From NCBI RefSeq assembly GCF_036321535.1, contig NC_087437.1:4588001-4652000 (forward strand): DNA of 64,000 nt. The letters run 5' to 3'. Source of the DNA: Camelus dromedarius (Eukaryota). Made by a program: the position numbers and the translations under genes. Below, in pieces: positions 1-13,244 of this stretch; position 1 is the stretch's first letter, and each line of letters starts with the position of its first letter. Under the pieces are notes generated by a model that ran no database searches, was not told the DNA's origin, and saw only the letters and a list, made by a program, of their open reading frames with translations.

Positions 1-1069
1 CAATGAACCCGCAGTTGACAATCAGGGCAGTTTAGGGAGCCCGGAGCCCAGCCCTGGGGAGCCCCTGGGATGGGACAGTGCAGCCTCTGTGGATGGTACC
101 CAGCCCCCCAGCAAGCCCGACCTGCTCCCCTTGGAAAAACTTCCTGCTCAACAGAACGGGAAGAGAGGAGGACAAGAATGCAAAAGAACCAAATTCAAAA
201 CCCACCCTAAACATTAAGAGACACGGAGAATCCACCAGAAGAAATGGCTATAAACGTGACAAGTGGCTGCTTCTAGAAGCAGACAGAACTGGGGCTGGGA
301 AGGAACGAGGTGGAGGACGTTCATTGTCTCAGAGGCTTTTCTTCAACTACGTCCAAGCACTGCTTCAATAAAAATAAAATCGTAAGTTACTGCAGCGGGG
401 ATTGGCCAAAGCTTTGTACTGCCCCCGCATCAAGACTGAGGGTGACGACTCCTTCGGCAAGATTCCAATCCAAATCTCAGTCTTGCGGCATTAGGGCTGG
501 CAAAGCCTCTGCCCTCCACGCAGCTCAGAGGCTCCCTTTCACAGAGGAGGTAACTGAATCCTCTCCCAAGGGTAAGCGTCAGGATGCAGACTGAAAACCT
601 GGTCCCCCAAGTCCTCAGTCAGCATCCTTCCATCTCACCAGCCTCAGTGGGGACTTCAGAATACGTATCCTCCACCCCCAGCAACACACATCTTCCAGCT
701 GCTTCGGGGCACGGGCTCCAGCCTCAGTCTCTGGGATTCAAACCTTGGCTCCTGGACCCACTGGCTGTGTGACCAGCAAGAACAGATCTTTCAGTGCCCC
801 CACCCACTTCTCATCAACGTTCTCCAGAGCTGTCGCGAGAACTCGGGGATAAACCCCGTGAGCCACTTGACGCAATGCTCAGCGGAGACTCAGCTTCCAA
901 TACGTAGCAGTGACTTTCACGTAAGTGTCCCCCAGTAAACGGCAAGCGGTTAGAAAGGCAAGGATCAAAGCTGAATGGATGTTCTAGATGCCAGGTACCA
1001 TGCCAGGGACCTGAAAAACAGCACCTGTTTCATCCTTAACAGCCCTGCAAGACAGGTCTTGCCTTTCTG

Positions 1070-1222
1070 ATTTTATTTATTTTGTTTGCTTGGTTAGGAT
1101 TTTTTGGGGATTGGGAGCATTAGGTTTTACTTATTTAATTATTTTAATGGAGGCGCTGGGGATTGAACCCAAGAACTCCTGCATGCTAAGCACGTGCTCC
1201 ACCACTGAGCTACACCCTCCCC
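1070..1222 (-). mobile_element. tRNA-Ala-derived SINE (vic-1-like)
   Basis: Reverse complement of GGGGAGGGTGTAGCTCAGTGGTGGAG...GGTTCAATCCCCAG head plus A-rich tail. Confidence 0.88.
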
Positions 1223-2442
1223 TGCCTTGCCCTTCCAATTGAGAGAGAAGGAAATTAAAAATCCAGAAAAGCTAAAATCCTTGCCAAGGCTGCACAGCTT
1301 CTGAAAAGGCAGAAGGCGCGTTCAAATCCAGCCGTCCTGAATGCTCAAGCCCAGGCTTTTAAGTCTCTATCAGCTCCCAAACAAGCATTCCTGTGCCTTT
1401 TTTGATCCCATGTTTCACGGCGTTAAAGTTTGGTTTGCTTTAAGGAGTCCTAACTAGGGGAGGAGATCCAGTTTCCAGCAAATGCAATGCAATACCAGGA
1501 CCCTGTGTCTGCAGCGGGGACACCAGCAAAACCAGTGGCGGGGAGAAAACAGTGCATCAAGCACTGCCCAGGGGGCTTGAGAACCTTCCCCCTGAATTTA
1601 TAAAGTGTCTGCTGAGCTCCCATACTGGTGGGCTCTAGGCTTCACTAATCTTCTCTAACAAGACACTGAAGCCACGGTATAATTTCCTCTCAAAGCATTT
1701 AAGAAATGGGCAAAGCTGCAAAGAATTCCCTACAGCAAGACCCACAGGGCCGCTAAAAACTGCTCCATCTTGCTGTAACTGCTGCTGGCTTTTTTTAAGG
1801 GTCACCAGGAGCACTGATCAAAGTCCTTGCTCTGCCAGCTGGTTAACCATTAAAGCAACCCAGCCAGGCACTGTGACAGGTGGTTGTTTGTGAAGTAAAC
1901 GAACGGACCTCCTGCGGGGCTCAGAATGAGTCACTGTCTCTGTCTGCATCACCACTGCAGAGTGAGGCGCTTCTGAAATGGGGCTGCAGCACTGCTCCTG
2001 GCAGGAGACGGAGTCCGGGGCCCCTCCTCTTGAATCTGGGTGGGCTCCTGACGGCTTGGATCAGTAGCAGATGAGGGGTGTTGCTTGGGACCCCCAAGGC
2101 TGCCCAGCTCCCACCCAGTCATTGGGGGTGCCCACAGTGGGGTGCCAGGTGCCACGAGGAGGTCAGAGTGCCTGGACCACCCTGCTGGGGCGGGGGTCAG
2201 ATGCAGACACCCGGGCTGACGACCCCAGTGGAGCCCCCAGCCAAGAGCTGCCAGACCTGGGAGTGGGCCTCCTCAGGCAGCCCCGCCGACCTCCGACTGT
2301 GGCTGCACCCGACGACTCCCGAGAGAACAGCCCCATGGAGCCCTCTCCAAACTCCTGACCCACCTCATAGGCAAAATAAAGCAATGGTTTGAAGCTAAGA
2401 GGTTTTGGGAGACACAGTAAGTGGAACAATGAGGAGGGCATC

Positions 2443-2574
2443 TTTTTTTTTTTTTAATAATAAATTTGCCATTTTAATCTTTTTCTGCCGTTTTAAATGG
2501 AGGTACTGGGGACTGAACCCAGGACCTCGTGCATGCTAAGCAAGCGCTCCACCGCTGAGTTCTACCCTCACCCC
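2443..2574 (-). mobile_element. tRNA-Ala-derived SINE
   Basis: tRNA-like head, poly-T on +, approximate TSD aggagggcatct / aggaaggcatct. Confidence 0.88.
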
Positions 2575-4949
2575 AAGGAAGGCATCTCTTTCATGCCTTC
2601 TTCCAAAAAAGCCAAAAACCAGGGAGAAGACCATCCAATCTGCCGGCTTCGAATCTGTTTTGAGTGCGGGCAACACAAGGGCCAGGTACACGTGCTTCGG
2701 GTGAGTGTGATGCCAAACAGTGCGCGTTTACATGAGGTGGGCTTGGCTGTGGTTGTAACAGCGGATGTTCCTCCCATGGCCTCCCTGCTGACAGCTTCTT
2801 TCTGTCAGAGCAAACGTGAGTATCTCTTGGATAATCCAGCAAAACACAGCAAAGGGGAAAAAAATTAGGCAGGAATAGAACAAAAATTTTATCCACTTTT
2901 CTTTAAGGAAATGAAAGAGGCTGGTTCTCTGAGCTCTCAGAGAGCCACTTTTCAAATTACCCTGAGATTCCTGGGTAGGATGCATAAAAGGGATACAGTC
3001 TTTGATACAGTTTTTACTGCTGCAAACATCTACCAGGCGATAGGCAGATCCAGCGACTCTCAGAGAGGAGGGCCGGGCACAGATAACTGGGATGCCTGCC
3101 AGAGGATGACGTTTCAATAGACATTTAATGCATCCAACCCAAACACACACAAATACACCGCGATGTTAAAGGTCCCTGCAACAAATGCTCGGAAGGAAAA
3201 AGAACAGCTTGATATTTAAAGGCTACAGCCCACAGGGACCACAGCTCTCTGGCAACAGGGGGATTTGAAGATTCTATGGACCCCTGGAGCGTCTTGCGTA
3301 AACCTGGGGGTACGGTCACGTCCCTACAGAAAAGCCTGCTTGTACTAGAACAGCAAGTTCTGGCTGAGGGACCAGCAAGGTTTACGGACTATCTCATGGG
3401 TCTGTAAAGCTTAAAAGGAAAACACATCTGATGTTTTTCAAGGCAGTAGACTCCACCTCAATATTGAGAGCTATTTCTATATTCTAGCCAACAGCCCACA
3501 CTAATATCATTTCGCTAAGTGACTGCAGTGAATGACGCTGTACCAGAGCCTGAATGTGCCTACAAGCCTTTATCCATGTAGGAAGGATGCTGATCCTCAA
3601 ATTCATACAGTAACAAAATTTGAATATCTAAATATTCTTAATATTTGAAACATTTCCCACTATTCTATCTTGGTGACTGCTTTGTATTTTATAAATGAGG
3701 ATTTCCTGGGGGCAGACAATCTTAAAATACCTTTTAAAGCACTTTTCATCCCTCCATGAATTACCAGAGTGAGAGCTTAGAAGTACAGCAATTCACAAAG
3801 CAAACCCACCTACATCAGGGTTTATCCACAGTGAAGGCAGGGACTACCAATCTGGAAGGTTTTTTTCCCCATCAGCCTTCATTGTTCCTAAAATTCCTTC
3901 CCTAGAAATTTATTTCTTGGACCCACAAAGGCATCTTTTCATAATAGTGCTTCATTCTCGACCCTCACGCCCTGCTGAGGAAAATGATCAAATAGGGCCA
4001 TTGTAAAGGATGCAGAAAACATGGAGAAATGAAAAAAGTAAAAGTCACCAGCATTCTTTGCAACCAGCTGTAACCGCTAGTAACCCCTGAGGGTACATTT
4101 TTCTAGAGCCATGCTCCTCAAACTATGTGGTAATGAGTCCCCCCCAACCCCGCCCCACCCCCGACCAATGAGAATCAGCACTGCTGCAGAATACAGTAAA
4201 AGTAAGCGGGGAAAGCGAAATGCTGCTTGGGCGTTAGGGCAACGCCAAACTGCTAAAAGGAAACGTTTCCAAAGTCTTACTCTCCAATTTCTGTAGGTAC
4301 TTCACCTTAACTCGTAACAAGAAGTTCTAGTCTGGGACCATGCTGTCAATCTCTGTTCTAGACCTTTTTTCTCTTATATGCACAAATTCTTTGACTGTAT
4401 ACTCTACACAAGCTTTGTATCATTTTTTCCCACCAGAATTTTTTTCCACTAAATAGATCATGGCCATTTGTTCATAGCCACACACATCATCCTATTTTGA
4501 TGGGAAAGGCCACTCTTAAAACCCTCATATTTCCTAAGCTAAGACCTCTGGGAGGGAGGGACTTCGGGGAGAGGAAGGAGGTTCCAGGCGGTGCTTTTAC
4601 CAAAGTTGCTGTTCTGCCCAGGGTTGGCCCTGCCTCTGGACAGCGGGGGTACGGGTGCAATTCCAGAGCACTAGGGCAAGGGAACCTGCCTGTCTGCAGG
4701 ACACCACGTATGACCAGGCTGACAGTGATGAGCCCACAGGGTGTCTGACTCTAACCACAGACTGGATCCTTTCACCCCGACATTCATTGTACCCCTGTGT
4801 GCAGGCACTGCGAGAGATGCAGAGGCACAAGGTGCGGGGCTGGGCCCCTCCCTCCAGGGGCCAAGGGGGGGGGGCGGGGGCCAGACAGGTACACAAATGA
4901 CCTCAATATGGCCTAATGCATATGCGTGAGATATGCATGAGCAGGTAGT

Positions 4950-5085
4950 GCTGGTTAAGACAGGCTCCGCCCCCCTCCCTCCAGAGATTCTGCGTCAGCA
5001 GGTCTGGATGGGGCCTAAGATTCTGTAACTCTGACAACGTCCTGTGTCAGCAGGGCAAGGACCTCACTTCGATGGCACTGCTCCA
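4950..5085. mobile_element. MER5A-like hAT-Charlie relic
   Basis: ccagagattctg...gcaggtctggatggggcctaagattctg resembles the recalled MER5A core. Confidence 0.55.
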
Positions 5086-5087
5086 GG

Positions 5088-5270
5088 GCAGTGGTTCACA
5101 ACCAGGGGCAACTCTGCACCCCAGGGAATACTGGCAAGTCTGGAGAAGTGTCTGGCTATCACAACTGGGGGCGGTGGGAGGCTGTTACTGGTGCCTAGTA
5201 CATCCACGGGGCTAAATCTCCTCCAATGGACAGGACAGCCCATCACACAAAGAATGACAACAGACCATGT
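5088..5270 (+). mobile_element. MER20-like hAT-Charlie element
   Basis: cagtggttcacaaccaggggcaactctgcaccccaggg...gctaaatctcctccaatggacaggacagccc...caaagaat. Confidence 0.7.
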
Positions 5271-5435
5271 CCGCAGAGCAGGTGAGCAACTTCTCAAGAA
5301 CAAGAGACTTGAACTCGGTGCCTCAGTTTTGTTATCAGCAGAACGGGTGACAGTGTCTAGCGCATAAAGCTGAGCTGAGGACAGTGAGTTTCTGGAAGCA
5401 CAGTGCTTAGATCGGGGTCTGGCACAGGGTAGGCA

Positions 5436-5483
5436 CATCATCATCATCATCATCATCATTATTATTATTGCTGTCATTATTAT
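5436..5483. repeat. (CAT)8(TAT)n compound microsatellite
   Basis: Read directly from the sequence. Confidence 0.9.
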
Positions 5484-5589
5484 TGAAGAGCAGCTAAGAG
5501 ACCAAAACAAGCAGGAAAGACACTCCAGGATGGACACAAGTCCTTCCTGCGAGTACCCACCTCGCTGCGGCCCTCACCTGCATGCCTCC

Positions 5590-5690
5590 AGCAATGACAT
5601 TTATTGATGGCTTACTACGTACCACCATTGGGATGAGGAGACTGAGGCCCAGAGACGTTAAGTAACTTGCCCAAGGTCACACAGCCATGA
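5590..5690 (-). mobile_element. MIR fragment
   Basis: gatgaggagactgaggcccagagacgttaagtaacttgcccaaggtcacacagc, MIR core. Confidence 0.75.
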
Positions 5691-6301
5691 AGGGGCCATC
5701 TGTTGACATTCATTCACTCAAAAAGCTATTTGGCACCTATTACATGCCAGGCAAATCCCAGGGGGAGATACATCCTAACACAGCAGGGCTCAGACAGGGC
5801 AACGAACTGATTTCCACACCCCAGCAGATCGGCTACTGAGCCAAGCCCTGTTGCTCCCGTGACTACAAAGTCCATCCTGCTGTAATCCTGGCCTTACGAG
5901 CCCTCCGTCCGGCACCGTGCCCAGAGCCAGTCTCTGACAAAGAAACACCACGGCCTCGGGGGGCATCTCGTCAGAGCCTTCCCTGCATCTGCACCAGGGG
6001 GCCCTGGCAGTCCCCGCCAGCCCTGCACGCAGGAAGCCTTTCCTCCCCTAGAGCACCTTCTCTGGTCCTCCAGGCCACCAAGGGAAGAATCACAACTCCA
6101 ATTCACAGATGAGGTGACTCTGGCTCCAAGGGGCCAAGGGTGTCGCAGGTCAGCAGCCCTCAGGCTTTAACCTACGTCACCCAGTGCTAAGACCAATCAT
6201 ACCCCCATCCACCCCTTCCCCATGGCCTTGGGTTTGGGTTTTTCCCTCCCTCTCACTATAAAGTAATACAAATTCAATGCAAGTAATTCAGATGATATGG
6301 T

Positions 6302-6429
6302 GGGGAGGGTATAGCTCAGTGGTAGAGCGCGTTCCTAGCATGCACGAGGCCCTGGGTTCAGTCCCCAGTACCTCCATTAAATACATAAACAAACCTAATT
6401 ACCTCCCCCCAACCACCAAAAACAAACAA
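6302..6429 (+). mobile_element. tRNA-Ala-derived SINE
   Basis: Head with A/B boxes, aaacctaattacctcccc tail; approximate TSD aattcagatgatat / aattcagaagacat. Confidence 0.9.
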
Positions 6430-7339
6430 ATTCAGAAGACATAGAAAAGGATAAAGACAATAAATTTCGCTCCTCTCTCACCAGGTATAACAACCGGCAT
6501 GTAATTCCTTCCAGGCACTTGGCATTTAAACCTAGTTTTTAGAAGCACATCACACTAGAGCCTTTTGGAACCTGCTTTTTTCCACTCAGCTGCCCTTCTA
6601 GGTTAATAACAAGCCGTGTCATCATCTTGAGACCTGGATTCTCTCAGCCAACGCTTGTGCTTGGGATTCACCCACCTCACCAATCCCCTCCTCCTCACCA
6701 CCCCCCTCCCCGCCCCGCCAACAATAGTCATGTAGAGTCACGATCTTCCAACCTTTGGAAACAAGGCTGCATTGAACACTAGGAGCAGTGTCCTCACTCA
6801 GTTATTCCCTTAGAATCAATTCTTACAAGTGCAACTGCTGAGTCAAAAGTTCCTGCCCCTGACATTCCAGCAGCGGTGTGGGGGACACTCACCGAAGCAG
6901 GAAGCTTAAGGCCTACTACTCTGACAGCCTAGCCTCAGGTCGGAGCCGTGGGGACAGCAGCAGCAGCTGGGCCACCCAGAGGTCCAGAAAAGACCTCAAG
7001 TGTGTTCATCTTTACAACCAGCCAAGGACCAAAGGGTCTTGTCAACAATGCTCCCCACCCAGCACTGCACTGGCTACAGGCACTGCACTGCGCACAGGCC
7101 ACTCGCAAACAACTTGGGGTCCCCCCGCCTTGACGCCAGTGCCCCTTAGTGCAGCAAAGCCTCCCCTGGCTCCCCACGAGACCCGGCCCAGGCCCCCACT
7201 GTGAGACTCTGTGGCCGCAGGCTTGAACCCAGGAGCCGCACAGCCCACAGGAGGGCCTCCGGCTCAGTACATGAACGCCTCCAGGCCACTGTTGACTCGA
7301 ATCAGATCTCACCTGGATACAAAGAGGGACAGGCTGCCA

Positions 7340-7380
7340 TCTCTCTCTCTCTTTCTCTCTCTCTCTCTCACACACACACA
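7340..7380. repeat. (CT)n(CA)n microsatellite
   Basis: Read directly from the sequence. Confidence 0.9.
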
Positions 7381-8607
7381 CCTTAAAGGAGACTGTGCTA
7401 AGATGTGACAACACTGTCCTTTCAGAAAAGAACTTCCCACTTCCCCTGACTTGTGCTAATAATTCATCACGAGGGGCCGGGCTGCTTCCAAATTCACCCC
7501 CACCCCAAGTTTCCCAGCTCCAAACAGTCTTCTTCTTCTTTTTTTTTTTTTTAAAGAGAAAACATTTGCTAGTTTCTGGCAGAGGAAAAGGCAGATTCTG
7601 GGGGCAGGCCTTCAGCAAGCTGGAGGAACACAGATGTCCAGAATCAAATGCTGTCTCCAACCGCCCCCACCCTGGCGGTGAAGGACAGAGGACAACCGTT
7701 TACAATGAGTTGCCTTTGCCTCCCTGGGGAAGGGCGGGCTGGAAAAGCCAGCTTCTGATGCCTCAGAATCAGAAAAGCTGTCTATGGGTAACTCGGCCTG
7801 GCCGAGTCCTCCCTCTTGCCCCTAGAATAGCCCGTCTCCAGAGGAAGGGAGGATAAAACGATAAAACACTACACATCATCAAATTAAAAAATAAATAACC
7901 GGCGTGGATAATGACAAATCGTGATTACGACGATTTAGAAACTCTCTGTGCTGCCTCTTGTTCTAACAAACATGTGAGGAGAGATGGCTCCGTCGGGTAT
8001 GCCCTGTAAAAGTAGGTCAGCACCCCTGCTTGGACTCCCTCACCCGGCAGGGCTGCCACACACCAAATTACCGGTTTCTCTACCCATCATTCACACCACC
8101 CCTGGAACCGCGGCCCCCTCGCTGGTCCCCAGCCAGGTGGCTTGGCTCCCACCGGAACACGGGCTACTCCTTCCCCCACATGGCCCCGAGGCCCACTCCC
8201 TCTAGATATGCTTAAGAAAAACTCAATGAGTTAATAGTTAAAGCTGATTACCCAATGTGTCCGTGGGAAAACACAAGAATTTTCTTAGCTTGAAACATCA
8301 GGCTTACATCCAAGAGCCTCTCTGGTTAAAAGGTTACTCCCTTCTACAGCTGAAAAAGGTCAGGTCTCTCAATATAGACCAGAGTGCCAAGAGGACAGCC
8401 CACCGTTCAGAAGAGGTCAGAGGCAAACCAAGGTTGCGGGAGGGGCAGATGCCCACCAAGCAACAGGGCAGGCGGCCGGCATCAGACACCTTTGGTCATC
8501 TCCCATTTAAGCAGCCGAGACACTGAATGGAACCCAAAAGTGAATCCCAGCCTACCCCTCAGCTACAGCTGCCCAGAGACAACTGTGCCACAAATCATCA
8601 CCCATTC

Positions 8608-9082
8608 ACTTTTTGAAAATTTATATACAATTTTGAAAGTTACTTTCCATTTACAGTTATTACAAAATACTGGCTGTATTCCCCGTGTTGCACAGTACAT
8701 CCTTGAGCCTTCTTACACTCGATAGCTTATCCCCCCAATTCCCACACCCCCTAATACCTCCTTCCTCTCCCCACTGGTAAGCACTAGTTTGTTCTCTCTG
8801 TGAGTCTCCTTTTTTGTTACATTCACTAGTTTGCTGTATTTTTTAGATTCACATGTAAGTGATATATAGCATTTGTCTTTCTATCTGACCTAATTCACTT
8901 AGCATAATGCCCTCTGAGTCTATCTATGTTGCTGCAAATGGCATTATTTTATCCTTTTTATGGCTGAGTAGTATTCCATTCTATAAATATACCACAACTT
9001 CTTTATCCAGCCATCTCTCGCTGGACATTTAGGTTGTTTCCATGTTTTGGCTATTGTAAATAGTGCTGTTATGAACACTGGG
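8608..9082 (-). mobile_element. L1 3' fragment
   Basis: gttgctgcaaatggcattattttatcctttttatggctgagtagtattccatt, antisense of the L1 ORF2 end/3'UTR. Confidence 0.85.
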
Positions 9083-9158
9083 TCACTAATTCCCTAATCA
9101 ATCAGTCGAAGTTGGCGAGGGGTAGTGGTGCCAGACCACAATCAAAAAAGCAAAGGGA

Positions 9159-9211
9159 TTTGACACAACATTGTAAAATGACTATAACTCAATAAAAAAA
9201 AAAGTTAAAAA
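9159..9211 (+). mobile_element. Extremely 5'-truncated L1 3' tip
   Basis: ttgacacaacattgtaaaatgactataactcaataaaaa, same as the L1 end near 25600; TSD aaaaaagcaaaggga at 9144-9158 and 9212-9226. Confidence 0.8.
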
Positions 9212-9278
9212 AAAAAAGCAAAGGGAAAGGAAACACAGACAGAAAAAGACCCTCCTCTGGAGGCTCCGAAATTATATC

Positions 9279-9821
9279 CAGTCAATCCTCCTCACTTGTG
9301 GATTCCAAATTTGTGAATCTGCCTAATCACTCAAACTTACTCCAAAATCCATACTGCACTGCTCTGCAGTCATTCGTGAACCTGGGCAGAGCAGTAAGAA
9401 ATGTCAGCTGCCCCCATGCCCGGTCCTAGGGAGGAGGACAGAGACACTCTGTGCCCTGTGTCCGCTCCCATGCTATAAACAGCGCCGTTTAATTGGTCCA
9501 TTTGGTGCCATGGTTTCTGTATTTTTGTGCTTTGTGTTGGTGATTTTGCAGTTTATAACACCACCCCTCTCCACAAAAGCCTAGTGCCAAAGTGCTATTT
9601 AGGGTCCTGAGCCCAAGAAAGCTGTGATGAGCCAACGGAGAGAGCGTGTCCAGTGAGCCTTGTTTAGGTCGAGTCATGGTGAGTTCATGGCAGTGAGATC
9701 AACATGAATGAACCAGTAATATACATGAAATACAGCGTCTTTACAGAGAAGCACACAGAAAACAACGCTGCATGCTGAACAGTGGATGAAGATGTTGGAC
9801 CCAAAGCTCTCGGGAGCCTAA
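9279..9821 (+). mobile_element. MER82-like TcMar-Tigger relic
   Basis: cagtcaatcctc...ggattccaaatttgtgaat...tttttgtgctttgtgttggtgattttgcagtttata...aagaaagctgtgatg, colinear with the recalled consensus. Confidence 0.65.
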
Positions 9822-10505
9822 ATGAGGGTTAAGATCCCGAGATCAGGACACAACGTCGCCCCGGGGAGCCGGGGTTCTGTCGTCACTAGTTCAAGTTTCC
9901 CAGCACTCCAGAGACAAGGACCACAGGAGGAGGCCAGGCCGTGGACTCAGGCAGTGGCTCTCTGCCCCGCATCCTTTGGCATGCGCCCCCAGCACCCCTG
10001 CAGCTCTCTCCATCTGCAGCGCCACAAACCAGCTCCCTGGCCAGGCAGGCTTCTGCGAGGGCATCTTCCCAAAACTCCTCTGTCATGTCATTCTCCTACT
10101 GGAGTTGTGATCATCAGTAATTCTTAGCCACCTCTCCACTCCCCACTCCCAACTGAAACGCCAACTCCCTGAGGTTCACACCCATATCCGACACAGGGTC
10201 GGTGCCCAGGGCTCACCCAAAGGGATGCAGCCCCACCAAAGAGGAAGTGTCCAGAGAGCCTGGCTTAAGGCTGAAAACCACCCAGCCCTCTGTAGCCCTG
10301 GGCTGCCCACTGCAGCACCTGAGAGCTCCAAAAGTGGCCAGTCCACGACAGATGTACTCTAAGTGGAAAATACACCCAAGATTTTGAAGCCAGGGTACAA
10401 AAATACAGGAAAGACATCTCATTAATGTTTTGTATGGTTCCTTATTGAAATTATACTACCTTGGACATTCTGGGTTAAAGGAACTAGGTTACAATTAATT
10501 TTAAG

Positions 10506-10790
10506 TGGGGGGAAGGTGTAGCTCAGTGGTAGAGCACATGCTTAGCACATACAAGGTCCTGAATTCAATCCCCAGTACCTTCATTAAAAATAAATAAGTT
10601 CTTGTAATAACATATAATGGAAAAGCATCTGAAAACATATATGTGTATGTATGTATATGTATAACTGAATCACTCTGTTGTACACCTGAAACTAACAGTG
10701 TAAATCAACTATACTTCAAAAAAAAGGTTTGAATAAATAAAATTGAATAAACCTAATGATCCCCCCAAAAAAACAAAAAAGAGGAGAAAA
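10506..10790 (+). mobile_element. tRNA-Ala-derived SINE interrupted by an L1 3' tip (about 10598-10726)
   Basis: SINE head, then L1 end (tataactgaatcactctgttgtacacctgaaactaac...atcaactatacttcaaaa), then resumed SINE tail aaacctaatgatcccccc. Confidence 0.85.
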
Positions 10791-11520
10791 AAATTAATTT
10801 CAGCTGTTTGTTACTTTTTTTAAACAATGGAAAACAATTGTTATGTTTTAAATCATCTCTCAACATTTCAACCCTTGGTAGAAATCAAATGCAAAACATT
10901 TGCATTTTTAAATTAGCATGTATTTAACCATCTCAATCACAGCAACCTCACACAATAAGACACACACCAAGAAGGAGCTCTTTGTTACTCTTTAACATAG
11001 CTGCTCAGGAAGTTTTAGTGACCTCCAGAGCCTGCATTACACTTGGATGAGTCCACCTTGGTTGTAATAATACCATGGAAAGGTCACCCAGCGTCACAGG
11101 CCAGCAGTGATTCCCGGCTCTTGGCTGCTGCCAAGTGCTCTGCGGAGCCAGGCAGGAAACACCTGTCCCATGGCTTCCGGTGACACACTGATACCTAAGT
11201 GTGTTCAGAAAGGGGATTCGGAAATCAGGGCTGCACTGAGTTAAGAGAGGAAACCATGGGACCCTCGGAAGATGGGTTACCAGAACAGTGGCCAGCAGTG
11301 AGGAACCCCGCAGATCTCTGTTGAATGAAGAAATCAGTACTTTGAATTTAAAAAAAAGGACTATTTCTAACTTGTCTGTCTGTATTGGGAGGGCAGAATC
11401 CGGAGCTGGAAGGGATTGGGAAAATGACCGGGCTCTGCGGTGACACTGACTGTAAGGATGCTGAGCTTCTGCGTCCTGGCCCTGGAGAAGAGGTGGCCCC
11501 GCCTCCCTACCCGGCAGGCC

Positions 11521-11849
11521 CACGCTGTCCAAACTTTCTACCATGATGGAAGTGTCCTCTGATCTGTCCGATACAGTGGCTACCGAGGCCTTGAAACTGG
11601 GCTACCGTAACACAGGAACTGAATTTTCAATCTTATTTCATTGTAATTAATTTAAATCTAAATATATTAATGAAAAAGAATATGAAAATGGATATATGCA
11701 TGACTGGGACATTGTGCTGGACACCCGAAACTGACACACTGTAACTGACTGTAGTTCAATTTAAGAAATAATAATAAAATAAAGTTAAAATAAAAAATAA
11801 ACTCAAATAGCCACGTGTGACTAGAGGCTGCCATTCTGGACAGCACAGC
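11521..11849 (+). mobile_element. MER3-like hAT element interrupted by an L1 3' tip (about 11666-11798)
   Basis: Termini cacgctgtccaa / ctggacagcacag; insert flanked by aaatctaaata / aaactcaaata. Confidence 0.75.
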
Positions 11850-12563
11850 TCTGGGCTGTTGGACAGGACAGAAGGAAATAAAGCTGGTAAAAAAACACTT
11901 TGTAAACGCCAAATGCCAACAGAAACGGTGAGGGTGTTGCTGTAGAACTTACTACAAATCTGAGATCCTGAGAGATTCAACTGCCTGACAAAGAGAACTG
12001 AATCATCCTAAGTAGAAAAAATTTAAACATGCAGACCTTACTTCACTTGGGGGAGCAGAGCAGCCAGTGTTCACAGATGCCGATCATCAGAATCGAGTGG
12101 TTAGCGAGATCCCTTCACACACAGCTCAGAAAACAAGTTTGTACCCTCCAGGGCCACATCCAGATGGCCTCCACCCGCAGTCAGAAGTCAAGGCTGCCAG
12201 TGTGTTGCTGGTAGATTACATTCCTATCCCCCACCCCCTCATTCTCAGGGACCAGCGCTTCCCTGCCCTGTCCACCCCACCCTCCCTGCCTTTCCTCCTG
12301 CCCCAGAAACAGGTCCTCCCACAGCTCCCTGACAGCCACCCACGGGCTCTCAGACAAAAGCAGGGGATGATGGATGGTAAAACCAACCCCTGCTGCTGAG
12401 GGACCCAGACTAACAGAGTATTCGAATCTGTTCCAACTCAGGTTGGAAGATGCTCATGAAAGTGACATCAAGTTCTCCCAAGTTTCCCAAGATTTTTCCC
12501 AGCAGAAAGCCCTTCCCAGCCTAAACAGCTTTTCATTGCCATTAAGGTAATTACATTGTGGGC

Positions 12564-12709
12564 AGGGAGGGTATATCTCAGTGGTGTATCTTAGCATGCA
12601 CGAGGTCCCGGGTTCAATCCCAAGTACCACCTCCACTGAAATAAATAAATAAGTAAATAATTGAATTACCCCCCAAATAAATAAATAATTTTTTAAAATA
12701 AATTCTAAA
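12564..12709 (+). mobile_element. tRNA-Ala-derived SINE
   Basis: gggagggtatatctcagtggt...cttagcatgcacgaggtcccgggttcaatccc plus A-rich tail. Confidence 0.87.
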
Positions 12710-13181
12710 AATAACTATATTTTACACAGAAGCAGATAATAAAGAAACAAGCAGAGAAGTAGAAGGCGGGGGGAATCATTAGGGCTGGAAAGTCAAAGAA
12801 GGTATAAGTCTTCCCAAGGAAACACACAGTATGTCCAAGTACAAACGTTAACATATTTAAGAGATTTTTGTGAGCTCATTCCTTCCTGACCGTCCACAGT
12901 GCTTATCTTCCCCTCAGCCCTTTTAACTTTTCCACAGACACCTTAACTTCAGGGCTTCAGGGTGTGTAAACCCCTTGGTTGTGGCCCCACGGAGGCTCCA
13001 TGATGAAAACCTTGGGAAATTGGATCCACATGTGTCCCACCCACCAGCGGGCTGTGTCAGGCAGCAGGCTGTCTGTTGCTCAACTTGGAGGAGGGAACGC
13101 CAGCAATCACCCTCTAGCTACCAAAACAAAATGAACCAGCCAGGCATCACTCCGCCAAGAACAGGGACCCCGCTTTCCTAC

Positions 13182-13244
13182 CTCGAGTTCAGTCTCCCGT
13201 CTGTTGATATCATCTGTGGATTGATTTAACTTCTCCAGTTCCCC
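13182..13244 (-). CDS. SH3BP5: SH3BP5 coding exon 2
   Basis: 63-nt phase-0 exon GELEKLNQSTDDINRRETELE; acceptor ttttccttcattag, donor GAG|GTAGGA; continues exon 1 in frame. Exon 3 not seen in 1-13181, so that stretch is intron 2. Confidence 0.96.

Noticed and set aside
5064..5537. ORF with poly-Ile/poly-Met run
   Set aside because: Produced by the (CAT)n(TAT)n microsatellite and MER20/MIR relics
6302..6376. tRNA-Ala(AGC) genes at the SINE heads (here and 13 other sites)
   Set aside because: They carry A-rich tails and/or TSDs, an extra 5' GGGA and scattered stem mutations; these are SINE copies, not tRNA genes
1..13181. Further SH3BP5 exons (DARQKFRSVLVEATVKL...)
   Set aside because: Not found on the minus strand; exon 3 appears to lie outside the window
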